Assembly (NCBI GenBank): GCA_017499595.2
Contig: CM039003.1
Coordinates: 3,100,001-3,164,000 of the forward strand
Source of the DNA: Psilocybe cubensis
Taxonomy: Eukaryota
Length of the DNA: 64,000 nt
Reading direction: 5' to 3'
Positions 10,648 through 21,896 of this stretch are shown here, one piece after another; positions within the stretch are counted from its first letter, which is position 1, and each line of letters opens with the position of its first letter. A program made the position numbers and the translations under genes. Below the pieces are notes generated by a model. That model had not been told where the DNA came from. It ran no database searches and worked only from the letters and a program-made list of their open reading frames with translations.

Positions 10648-11654
10648 TCACCCGTGTTCGTCCCCCTCGTCAGCCACATCGCCCTGTGTGGTCCGCCGAA
10701 AAATTACAGCACGAACGTGCTTTGGCTCTGGGGGAAGCCATTGACATCTCCACTGAAAACGCCTACGGTTCCGCCCTTAACTCCTACCTGGCTTTTGTTC
10801 ATAACCACAACATTCCCGTAGAGCCAACACCCGACACCCTTTCGTTATACGTGACTTACCAATCATCATTTAACAAAATACACACCGTCGAAACTTATTT
10901 GTCTGGCATTGTACACCAACTAGAACCTCATTTCCCCAATGTCCGACAGGCCCGTACCTCTCCGTTGTTAAAACGAACTTTGGTTGGCTGCAAAAAACGG
11001 CATGGTACCCCTCAAACTCGCAAAGAAGCATTAACTCTCGACGATCTGCAATTACTGAAGCAACATTACACGACCTCCAATGACCACGACGACTCACTTT
11101 TTCTTTCTATGGTCATGACGGGTTTTTTCGCCCTATTACGTCTTGGCGAGATGACTCTACCCGACGAAAAACGTCTTCGTGACTGGCGCAAAATCACCAT
11201 GCGCAGCTCCGTACGCTTATCCACTTCCCAGTTTGAATTTTGGTTGCCATACCACAAGGCCGATCGGTTTTTTCAAGGAAACCACGTCATTGTCAAAGCT
11301 ACTCAATTCCAACATAACCCTGTGTCGCACTTCACCAACTACTTACGTTCGCGAGATCAACTTTTCGGTAACTCCAGCGGCCCTTTATGGCTCACGTCGA
11401 CAGGTGCCATTCCCACACGGCATTTCTTTATGACTAGGCTTCGACGTTTCTTTTCCAACTCCATCGCTGGCCAAAGTATGCGAGCAGGAGGTGCCACATC
11501 CCTAGCAGAACACGGTGTGCCTCCAACAATCATACAACAGATGGGCCGATGGTCTTCCCAGGCGTTTCTAATCTATATTCGAAGACATCCCGCAATCATA
11601 CAGGGTTTGCTCTACGCCAAATCCCGCGCACCAAATGTTACTACTCATACTTAA
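10623..11654 (+). CDS. Tyrosine recombinase (integrase) of the retrotransposon
   Basis: FFALLRLGE, HKAD, GQSMRAGGAT and MGRWSSQAFLIYIR give the catalytic set R-K-Q-R-W-Y. Confidence 0.92.
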   Translation: MVVGKNTVITRVRPPRQPHRPVWSAEKLQHERALALGEAIDISTENAYGSALNSYLAFVHNHNIPVEPTPDTLSLYVTYQSSFNKIHTVETYLSGIVHQLEPHFPNVRQARTSPLLKRTLVGCKKRHGTPQTRKEALTLDDLQLLKQHYTTSNDHDDSLFLSMVMTGFFALLRLGEMTLPDEKRLRDWRKITMRSSVRLSTSQFEFWLPYHKADRFFQGNHVIVKATQFQHNPVSHFTNYLRSRDQLFGNSSGPLWLTSTGAIPTRHFFMTRLRRFFSNSIAGQSMRAGGATSLAEHGVPPTIIQQMGRWSSQAFLIYIRRHPAIIQGLLYAKSRAPNVTTHT

Positions 11655-11840
11655 CCACTTTCCCGCTCCTCTATTGAAGTTTCTTTTTTGAAACTTCGCA
11701 TCATTCTAATCCAAAATCATAAAAAAAAAAAAAAAAATTCAATGGTTAGCCTTGACCTCGACAAAGTGGCCACGCATTCGTGCAATGTCACCCCATATGT
11801 AGCGTTTTCTCATTTCCTTGCTCACGAGCAGCCCCGCCTA

Positions 11841-11976
11841 TGCGCGATGCTGCTCCCCCACGTGTACTTAATCACTATAATATCTAATTTGTATTTTCGA
11901 GCACTCTGTACGCCCGAGCGCGAACAGAGTGCCTCCGTCGCTATTCCAAACCCGTGTGTTTCTCGCGAATCATTGG
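11841..11976 (+). repeat. Split direct repeat B1 (136 bp)
   Basis: Identical by eye to 12869-13004 (tgcgcgatgctg...gaatcattgg). Directly abuts A2. Confidence 0.95.
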
Positions 11977-12240
11977 TTGAGTTTAATAGGAAGATTACAA
12001 AAATCCAATGAGAAGCTCTGGAGAAAACCGCGAGGAAATGTGAATAGCGCCTTATACATTGCCACCGTCAGCCTGAGAGCACAAACGGTGTTGATCAAAC
12101 CTCTGCTCGGCCCCAAGCGGCATGAGCTCACACATGAGGTTTCACATTCCAGTAAATGTCTAAACGGTGGGGGCAAAAACATTGCTCTTCCAACCGCTCT
12201 ATCACATTCCGAGCGAATCACCAAAACATTGTTTTCAAAA
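11977..12240 (+). repeat. Split direct repeat A2 (264 bp)
   Basis: Copy of 6896-7159. Confidence 0.95.
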
Positions 12241-12257
12241 CCCACCCTTCTCCTCCC

Positions 12258-12899
12258 ATGGCACGTTCTTATAACACCCCTTCTACCACGTCCAACCACG
12301 AAAATTCTGATGCAACTTTAATGGAATTTTTCACCAACAATGCCGCAGCCATCAATGCCATTTTACACCAACACTCGTCCACAGAAACTTTCAACTCTTC
12401 CACTGACGACCTTGCTTGGAATAATGCTGTCGCTGCTTTACACAACATTACACACTCCCGTCCTGCTACCCCCGTCCTACTGCGACGGATGTACGCAACC
12501 TCCAATGCTTTTTCACCCCAACCCAGCGAGTCCTCCACTGTCGTTTCACCCGCTGTTTCACAACCCGCATCACCTCCTCCCCTCACTGTCATTTCACCCG
12601 CTGTTTCACAACCCGCATCACCTCCTCCCCTCAGCAACACCCTCTCACTTGCCCACAATGACAACAACTACTCTGATTATACACAATACGACGACTACTC
12701 ATCTTACAATAACCAACAATCTCAACCGAACGATTTCCGTCCCCGTTCTACTCTGATCCCACGCGTGTTGCCTCCCATCAATTGGCCGTCCGACTTGTAT
12801 CCACCCATCCAACCTACTGCAGAATTGCAAGCCCAAACTCCGTTCCCAAACATGGAATCGTCACCCGTTGCGCGATGCTGCTCCCCCACGTGTACTTAA
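12258..12899 (+). CDS. Putative extra ORF (213 aa, Ser/Pro/Asn-rich) between A2 and B2 of the retrotransposon
   Basis: ATG lies 18 nt after A2 and the frame stays open across the whole spacer, stopping inside B2. It contains an in-frame 48-bp tandem duplication. No recognisable domain. Confidence 0.5.
   Translation: MARSYNTPSTTSNHENSDATLMEFFTNNAAAINAILHQHSSTETFNSSTDDLAWNNAVAALHNITHSRPATPVLLRRMYATSNAFSPQPSESSTVVSPAVSQPASPPPLTVISPAVSQPASPPPLSNTLSLAHNDNNYSDYTQYDDYSSYNNQQSQPNDFRPRSTLIPRVLPPINWPSDLYPPIQPTAELQAQTPFPNMESSPVARCCSPTCT
12536..12633 (+). repeat. 48-bp tandem duplication (2 copies, 1 mismatch)
   Basis: cactgtc(g/a)tttcacccgctgtttcacaacccgcatcacctcctcccct occurs twice, encoding TV(V/I)SPAVSQPASPPPL twice. 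Confidence 0.9.
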
Positions 12900-13004
12900 T
12901 CACTATAATATCTAATTTGTATTTTCGAGCACTCTGTACGCCCGAGCGCGAACAGAGTGCCTCCGTCGCTATTCCAAACCCGTGTGTTTCTCGCGAATCA
13001 TTGG
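12869..13004 (+). repeat. Split direct repeat B2 (136 bp), right end of the element
   Basis: Copy of 11841-11976. Confidence 0.95.
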
Positions 13005-13017
13005 ATCACATAGTAAA

Positions 13018-14734
13018 AGTTCTCACGGTTAAGTATTAATGAAACGATCCATCGATAGAATCCATCTTTATCAAATGTATCCCTTCATCTTGCTTTGATC
13101 TGGAATTCACACAAAATCTTTCCAATTCCTCAAGCCAAAGGGAAGGTTTACTGTAAGTCACATATTTTGTGCAATTGAATGTATTCTAGCTAACTGCATT
13201 ATTCATATTACCAAATGTGTACGTAGTCCCTGCAATGATGCCCCTGAACCGGGCATCCTTGCCTGAAGACAGGGACTATCCCTCGTCGGAGTCCTCGGGC
13301 GCCAATTTGGGTCGATCTGGACGACGTCTTGAACGCGCCCTGAATACTGGTGCTTGGTTGATGTCCTCGCCACCATCCTTCCGCTTTCCCGTCCTGGGTC
13401 TTCGCTGGACTCCATGTGATGGTTTCCTAGGAATATAGGGAATGTCTGTCACATCCCTATGCATCACACCATCCATTAATCCCTGTTCAGAGGCGAGATA
13501 TGGACACTCACATCCAATGGTCCTGTTGAGGGCTGGGAAGCGCCTCATGCTCTACAATCGCTTGATTGGAGCTTGAGTGTCTTCGGTCTTCTGTATCGTT
13601 GGTATCGATTTGTGATACATATCTCGCCTCTTGCTCAGGGAGATAGTATGGACTGGATATTCGTTGCTCTTCCGGATGTTCTGAACCGTGGTCAACTGCC
13701 AGGCGCACAGGGCCGGCACGGCCTTGCCGGTTCTTTTGTTGCGGGAAAAAGATGGGAGATGGTGTGCGCCTCTCAAAGTCAGGCTTCTGAGTGGCGTCGT
13801 CGAGTGTGCAGAATTCTGCTGCTGCAAGGCTAGGAAGCCTCGGTATCTCCATCGGTGACAAGATCAATTTTGCCAGTGAGTAGATGTGCTTTTCTTCGAT
13901 GCGCCTTTTAATACTTGAAGTGATTTTAGGATCTTGCCCTGGTCTGAATCCCCATGGCAAAATATCGGAAAGGGATTGGAATGACGCATGTACGCCGGGG
14001 GTAGAATCAGAGCGCTCTAGAGGGCATGGCTCTCCACACGAACCAGGCGGCAGACGAGTAGGGGAGGATTGCTGCACGGGTACCTGATGAGGTAGATTGA
14101 CAGATTTTCTGCTTCCTCCTATGTCGCTGAATACACTGTCAAAGCCTACGTCCAAGCATTTGTAAATATTTCTCGTCTTCAGGCAATATTTTAGCAGGTC
14201 AAGTCTCACCGTGGATTCCTTCCGACTTAGCAAACGAGTCAGTTCCAGATATTTCTTCGAAAAGGTTGCCGGAGGGCACAGTCACGGTGGTCTGATTTTC
14301 GGCCGAGTAAGTAAGATTGGACATCGTGAACGTAGTTTAGGATAAGAAGTAACCTAACGCTCGGGGAAAATCATAGCTATGGATTCTTATATCTGCATCC
14401 ATGAGTATCATCCGTTTTGACAGATTTCTTCGTTCCCTCATTGTGTTCTCAACTAATTTCCATATTTGGAACAGAGGCCTCGGTCAAGCGACAGTCCCTG
14501 AATTGTCATTGGGTGGATTGCGTGTGTTCGGCAAAAATCGAAGTACAACGGTCTGATTGCCAGTGGAAATAAGGAGAGAATCGACAGCCATTTTCCCAGC
14601 AGCCTGGTCAACCTCCCGAGGTTATGGACCAGAAACCACGCTGCAAATCAGAACCGGGGAGAACCTTGGCTCCACTCGGGTTACCGGACCCGCCTCATTG
14701 TCTTCGTGTATGTGCCATTGTCTTTGTTCGTATT
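13018..14734 (-). repeat. ~1.7 kb duplicated unit, copy 1
   Basis: Reverse complement of about 27219-28948, with high identity in both coding and flanking DNA. A more diverged direct copy lies at about 36258-37962. Confidence 0.9.
13276..14324 (-). CDS. Orphan, probably disordered protein, paralog 1 (3 exons)
   Basis: MSNLTYSAENQ...SEGIH / GFDSVFSDIGG...HWM / DVTDIPYIPRKPSHGVQRR...EDSDEG*. The GT..AG introns sit at the same positions in all three copies. Confidence 0.7.
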
Positions 14735-15417
14735 CTAATGGTGGACGGTGTATACTGTTTATAAACGATAAAGAGTTCAAATGATTAGATCCCTAGTTTT
14801 CGGTCCTTAATCCACTATTTCCGACAGATCCCAATCCTGCCAATCCGTATCGAAGTTCAATGTGGCGAAGAGCTTAAATCATCAGATCTGTTTCTTGTTC
14901 CATTAGTTTAGGTTCAGTGCCCATGAGGATTCAACTGGGAGGATTCTTAACCTCCTACTTCAGTATCGGACTCAACCCAAAGTTGAACTAGTAAACCGAA
15001 TCCAAACGAATTAAATAAATATGTCGACAATTTAGCTTCAACAGTACAATGCCTTGATCGTTAGAAAACATTTGGTATCGTAGAAACATAAGAGAAAAAA
15101 CACAGCAAAAGATGAATGTGGAATAAGCTGTGTATGCATAGTATAGAAAGGAATCCGTGCATGTCGTGTCGTGTCGCGTCGTGATGGAAAATAACAAAGA
15201 AAACTCCTGTCCCTCCCCCCTTGGTTCCTTCCACTTTCATCCAATTTGAGGGTATCATACATCGCCAGCAAAGTCTCCAAAGTTCGTATGTGCAGGCAGG
15301 TGCATCGCCAGATGCAATATAAAACTGCACTAGAGAGAAAAAGTTTAGTGGATACAGCGCCACCCCCTGTCACGCGTCATACCACAGCGACGCGTTCATG
15401 GCTCTCGTCTGCTACAC

Positions 15418-18400
15418 TCAATTCCCCACCGCCTGCTGAACAACAACCAATCCCGAACCAACCCCAGCTACCACAAACGCAGCCGCCACATCCCCAATCG
15501 TCTTCCTCACCTCGCTACCCACTTTCTCGCGCTGCTCTTCCATAAGCTGCTTCAGCTCCTTCGTGTGGTTCTCCACCGCCAGGCGCCGCGACCGACCGGT
15601 TATAACAATCAGCTTCGCGTTGTGGTTGGCTGAAGAGAGTGCAATTTCTCGCGCCTCGTGTAATGCGGTATGTAAGGGTATAGGCGTGGATGCCGTGCGG
15701 AACTCGATCTGTGGGCGGGAGGAGGTTGTGGATGCGGAAGATGAGTGTGTGGATGTGCTGTCAGATACCGGCGCATTGTTAGCTGGTGTCCGTAAAGGCG
15801 CGTATCTCGCCCAAATGATGTTATCAGCCGTCTCCGATTGAAGCCTTGTCTCTGTATTATGCTGTCCATACACTGTATCAGGACCTGCAATTCTCTAAAA
15901 TTAAACCAGGCGAAAAGAAAAGTCAACAAGCCATCCATCGTAGAAGAAGAGTATATTGTTAAACTTACCGAACCAATAGTCAAAGCGTTAATTTCTTCCA
16001 TATTCCTACCCTCGTCCCCCGCCGGCCCCGGCTCTGCTGATAATATGTTTCCATCATGTCCAGCGCCTTCCTCGCTCTTGGTGATCCGCACCACCGTCCC
16101 CCTAATTCTTGGGTTCGAACAAATTTGAACCACAAACTCCAAAGCAAGCCGATCATCCGGTCCCCCGAAAAACGGCAAAAAGACATGCTGCTTCCCCCCT
16201 TCTGCTCCAACAACCGACGGAACGCCTACACCCGTGTACAAATCCAAAGTGCTCTGGTCAACAAACAGGGCCACATCCGTCTTCGCCTGTGCAAACACCC
16301 CGCGCACAAACTGCGAATGGATCACAGACATCGACGTGCTGACATCCTGCCCCCCAGATATATTTGACCCACGGAAGAAGTAGTCAAAGGGGTTTTGACC
16401 TAGCGGGCTGCGGAAATTGGATGTCGGTGCTGTGGCCGTATTAGCTGTGGGCGGTAGAGCGATTGGTTGCTGGGGTTCTCCGGAGGTCGGCGGATGGAGA
16501 GGGGTTGACGGCGGCTGGTGGTGGTGATCCGACCCATCAAATGCATTGTGTACAGGAGGCAGCCATGGGATCAAAATCATATCCGAATCATAGTTCCTCG
16601 CATGCTCCGCCACACTATACGCCAGCTCCTCAAATTTCACAACAGACAGCGTCGGGGACACGCTTATCCCATTAAGCTGTCCAAACATGCGGAATATAGA
16701 TAGCAGTGGATCAGTGTGCAAGAGAGACTCAGAGACGGAGGACTTCATAACTGCTGATACACGGTCAGAGAGCTCGATAAGACGCAATGCTTCGGCAGCA
16801 ATGAAATGGGGGAGAGTTTGGTTGCTCTGAGAAGGTGCTCGGGCGCCAAGGGCCAAAGACGCGCGCCTGTCATGTGTAGACGGTGGGGCAGGTTGGATGA
16901 GCTGCGTCAACGCCATCATCGCGGGTAGATGTTCCAATTTATCCAGCACTACCGTAAAGCGTGTTTTGAATGCTCCATCCAAGGAGGGTTGGGCTTTTTT
17001 GTGCACGACAGCCTCGTCATCAGCAACGTTGTCGAAGGTGGGGCCTGTAGTGTCAATTCGACGTCGAAATTGTGGCGGATAGAGCCACGTTACAAGCGGG
17101 GTCGTCATGAATGTCAAAACGAGTGCTTCGAGCACAAACATGGAGAAAACACGCTGTAGGCAGAGACACTCAGCTTTACAACTAAAAATATAATGAAGGG
17201 AAATAGACTCACGGGTGATAGAATTCCAGCTGACAAACCAACATTGAGGACAATCAACTCGACTAACCTATAGGAGGTATATATCGGTTAGGCGCTCGTG
17301 TTCAGCAAAAAATTACAGACCCTTTGCAACTCATGAGTGACCCAATGGTAGTAGACTCGCGCCAATTGAATCCAGCAGCATAATGGGCTGCAAGTGTGCA
17401 CCCTCCAAACTTTCCAGCAAATGCGGAAACAATAATCGCAATGGTGTATCCCCAAGTAATACCTACATTAATCAGGTCAGCAAACACACCGACGAAAAGA
17501 TAAAAATGTCCTAGTACCGTTATCCAAAAGCCCAAGATCGGTGGAAAGTCCTGAAAGTGTAAAATACTAGTGCAAATATTAGAGTTAAAAATTGAGCCAT
17601 TGAATTCAAACTCACCAGCGGCAAAAAGATAATTGACACCATATCCTCCAACTTCTCCGTGATAATGATCGCCAGGCCACCTTCGCGAGGAACAATGAGG
17701 CCCGCGATAAAGGCGCCAAAGATAGCGTGCACGCCGATGACGTCAGTGAAGAACGCCGAGCCGAAGAGGATGAGCATCGTCACTGTCATAAAGAACACCG
17801 TTGGACCGCTTTCGACTGTGTACGTGATGGTTAGATACGATCAGATCAGATGGAGGTGATGCAGACGCACTGGAGCCTGTTTTGCGCGCTATCCAACGAA
17901 GCACGAACTTGACGGGGAACATGAGGAATATAGTCCACCCGACGCAGACGAGGAGGATGTACAGCGCGGTAAGGCCTGTGCTCGCATTCACCAGCGCGAC
18001 ACTGAGTGCTAGCAAAATCCACCCCACTGATAAAAGGTGTATCAATAACGACAGGGCCATCACCCGAGTGAAACACAACACACCAATATCATTTCCTACC
18101 CCTGCAGACAGCACCACAATGCCTACCGTCGTATCTAACAGCTTCAGCTCCGTCAAGATACGGCACAGCACTGGAAACGCTGTGATAGAGTACGCAACGC
18201 CCGTGAATAGCATGAAATGCGTGAACTCGATGCCTGGATCAATGAACTTTTTGTACACCGCAGACGAGAGCCCCGCTCCAATTCCAAAAGGGAGTGCCAT
18301 ACCCGCGAGCGCGACGGTCGCTGACAAGCGCGCGTTGCGCTTTATCACCCCAGAGTCGATCTCGAGCCCCACAAGGAAGAGGAAAAGACAGAGCCCAATG

Positions 18401-18892
18401 TTGGCGACGAGGCTGAGGTAAGGGCGCGACTGTTGCGGAAAGATGTGCTCGGTGAAGCCGGGAATACGGCCCATGGCGGTGGGACCTGTTCGTCACCGTC
18501 AGTGGTGGCATCGACAAAATGATCTGCTGGCATTGCGCACCAAGAATGATACCCCCTAAAACCTCTGCTATGACCTTGGGTTGCCTCATCTTTCTAAGCC
18601 CCAACGACAGCAAATTCGCTGTACATATGATGATACCTATTTACAAACGTCGACGCGCATATATGAAGCACAGACCGTATTTTTCATTGGAAGCAAAGGC
18701 ACTCACCGACTTGGATAATCCACAACCTCAACGGGTCGTTTTCGTTGAACTTGGTCGGATCCGACCCGCTCAGCAAACCGCCCTACGCCAAACATTCAGA
18801 ACATCGTCGACATTATCAGGACATGGCCTCACCTGTTCCGGGGCCGCCCGTTTCTGAAAGAGACTGATGACATTCCTGGAGAACTCTGGCAT
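15418..18892 (-). CDS. KHA1: K+/H+ antiporter (Kha1-like, CPA2 family), multi-exon
   Basis: QPKVIAEVLGGIILGP, LFLFLVGLEID, ITAFPVLCRILTELKLL, GVHAIFGAFIAGL, LPFFGGPDDRLALEFV. Confidence 0.9.
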
Positions 18893-20430
18893 ATACGCCT
18901 TTGCAGTTATTTTATCAAGAGTGCAGTGAGCTGGGGAGGACGCGATGACCAAGGTGTCCGGTCTGGGGCTTGTCAACGACGTCTTCGGTTAATATAACGA
19001 TATGTCTTCGACTAATAACACCGCGCTTTCACTCTCAACTTTTGATCCGGCATTAACCTCTGCCGGCTTCGCCTCGCTCCCTCAGGCTGGCATCCCAAAT
19101 TTATGGCTACACCCACTTTGTACGTCGAATGGCCCACGTTCCGCTATGCAAAGTAACATTATTAGAATCTCTGACATGAATACAAACGATCTGGTGTTGC
19201 TTCTGTACCGTGCGTTAAGGTTCAAGCTGCACGATTTACGTCGACTTTTCAGAACGCAAGGTTGGAAATAGGCATGAAATGAAAATAACTGGCATCTCGG
19301 AGCATCTGGCCAAGGGTGCCGCGAGAGATAAGTATGGATAACCTTCAACCTTTTCTTACACCCAAAAGCTCAATGGGCAAGTCCAATTTTGCTATCAACA
19401 TCTCGCAGTCATCTTGGTAGGTCACAGAAAGGGTGGTTAGCGAAGGTTAACGAATGTCTAAAATACTATGTATTGGACCGCCAAAACGAACGAATCACCG
19501 TATCAAACGGATCTCCAATCTGCGATGATAGAAGGCCAAGCACAGTGCCGAGGCCAGTATGTGATCAATCAAATGACTTTGTGGAGTCTTGTGGACAAGG
19601 AAATCTTGGAAAGGCCCTGAGAGGCCTCGGTGATCCAGCCTACAGCGCTACATCGAATATAGGATCGTATAAAAAGTTGATAAAGGAATATACAGAAGAT
19701 TAAGCAGTCAAGTCAAAAGAATGTGATAAAATAACGAGATACATCTGTGGATGTTAGAGACATAAGTATGATAAAAGGTTATAGGAACCTGGATAAGAAG
19801 GTTAATAAGCAGAACAGCACGTCAGGAGTCAACGAACAGAATGTGGGACAACAGAAACAATCTGCACATTCTCTTTCAATACACCTGCCCAGGAAAAACG
19901 TGGACAGAGGAAGAAATAATCTGGAAAATCATCCAAACACGACGTACTGACGCCGGAAAAGTGAGTCACTGATGAAGACGAAGTTTAAGTGGGTATATGA
20001 TAAAAGACTTACTGGCATAATGCCAGCCGAGTCCCACACCGAGTGCATAATAGCATTTCTTCGCAGCGTTATTGGTGATCACTTCTGATAACAATCCGTA
20101 ACATAGCGAAAGGGCACTGAACTTCCCGAAAAAACCCAGTGGGATGAAAGAAAGACTAGTCGAAATGCTTCACCAAAGTTAAAAAAAAGTTGATAAACAG
20201 TTCGTTAATCCCAATCCGATAGGCCACAACAGTGTGAAACGTTGCAACTTGGCACATACAAAGTGTGTATCTGAATGAACACCGATATAGCGTGTGGGAT
20301 AGTTGGTCGTGAGTACAAATGAGCAATGAAACCCTGGTATAGAAGAAAATGGTCCAACGTGTCGAAACCTGGAGAGTAGAGCAAAATACAATGGAAGGTC
20401 GCAAAGAAGAGAGAAGCATGTCTGGAAATA

Positions 20431-21896
20431 TTAAACGAGTTTCAAATAGTTTGAAGGCGCAACTAGATGATATTCAGTAAAAAATAATCAAATTCTGAAA
20501 GATGCAATACGCACTTCCTTTACGTCCATCAGGAGTCTCCGCCTCCCACCATTTGCCTGACTTGTCATAAATTAAAAGTTTATCACCTTTCTTGAAAGCG
20601 AGTTCATTCGGGTCTTGCTCTGATCCTTTATCTTTATTGAACATGTATCAATATCGTACTGACATAAAGGGAAAGGAAACATACATTCAAAGAGCGCCTC
20701 TGCCCTCCACTTGGCAGGCGATTCACTGGCCGCCTCCTCTGGCACCGCACTCCCACTATCCGGGCGGGCGCTGCCTTCACGCGCCTCCAGCAGCGCACTC
20801 TTCTGGTGTTCCGACGACATGCTCGTCAGCGTCCCTCTCGCACCCACACCAACTCCGGCTGCCCCAGCTGCATGGCCACTCCGCCTCTTCGCGCGTAATT
20901 TACCACCCTCCGAGCGTGGTTTCGACGATGCACCCGACGAGTCTCGTGGATGGAATCCACGCGGGTACATACCCATTGCAGCCATCTTCTCATCCACCAT
21001 CCGCTCAACCTTCTCCCTTTCTTCCGGCGTCAGACCCTCAAGTTGATCTTCTTCCTCCTGCGCTGCGGTGAGCCCTGTAGCGCCGCTGTGCTGGAACGCT
21101 GTCCGATGGAACGCGTCTGTGCTGCGCGAGATCTTCTCCACCACATTCTGCGTTGGCCCTGAGGGCGTCCGCGGAGCATCCCGGTCGCGGTTATATACAC
21201 CCTTTGCCACACGCAGAATCGGTGACTGAGGCGGCGACGTAAAGAAAATGATCAGAAGAAGGTCGACAATGGCCGTGATTAGCCACCCGGCCCCCGTCGC
21301 TTGCTGAGCTGCCTGTGAAGAGTATATGTTCTGGTCGACGCCGAGCACCGCAAACGCGGTGGCGAGTGCCGCCAGGATCGAGATCTGCGTGCCGTACGCG
21401 TAAGCAGCGTTGTATATCGAGGCGTTGGATAGAACTTGTATCAGAAGGAGTAGGATGGCTGTTTGAAGCACGATCGCAAACCAGAGGATGCGCACTGGGG
21501 CGTTACTGACTGCACACTCTTATATGAACAATACGCACAGAAAGTGTTCTGTTATACGTACTAGTAGCTGCTACAACCGCCTGTCCAACGAGCGAAATGA
21601 TCCAACCAATCTGGTTGACATTAATTTAGGGTATAAAGACAGAACTGGACGAAACTCACGAGGGCAAGGACGAACATACCAACAAGGAACACTTCGCTCC
21701 CAGGCTTTCGCGGCCGCTCAGCACGGTGTGATATAGGCCCTGACGGTGCATTACCGCTCCCAGGTCCATTGGCTGCTACCTGCACGGGCACCTGTTCTTC
21801 ATCTCGTGGAATTGGAGCATCCACTACCACCACTTCAGAGTTCGAATTCGGCCTTTCCGACTCAGTTGCTGTCGCAGCGTAGCCGCGGCTTTCCAT
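20431..21896 (-). CDS. SHO1: Sho1-like four-TM osmosensor with C-terminal SH3 domain
   Basis: Four hydrophobic segments (e.g. LWFAIVLQ, GAGWLITAIVDLLLIIFFTS). The SH3 domain is split by introns: AEALFEY..DPNELAFKKGDKLLIYDKSGKWWEA...IAPSNYLKLV*. Confidence 0.85.

Larger units (their letters stand above)
6896..13004 (+). mobile_element. Full-length tyrosine-recombinase retrotransposon (DIRS order, Ngaro-type) with split direct repeats A1-gag-RT/RH-YR-B1-A2-ORF-B2
   Basis: Gag zinc fingers, RT/RNase H and YR ORFs are all intact. A1 (6896-7159) equals A2 (11977-12240) and B1 (11841-11976) equals B2 (12869-13004). No target site duplication. Confidence 0.93.

Noticed and set aside
11721-11737. 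A17 tract after the YR gene as a LINE/SINE tail
   Set aside because: It is internal to the element, with no TSD or upstream non-LTR body.
13018-14734. The triplicated 1.7 kb unit as a transposon
   Set aside because: It has no terminal repeats, TSD or transposase/RT motifs, so it is treated as a segmental gene duplication.
14925-14995. Small hairpins followed by CTAG-T as a Helitron 3' end
   Set aside because: The stems are weak, the spacing is wrong, and no 5' end or second copy is visible.
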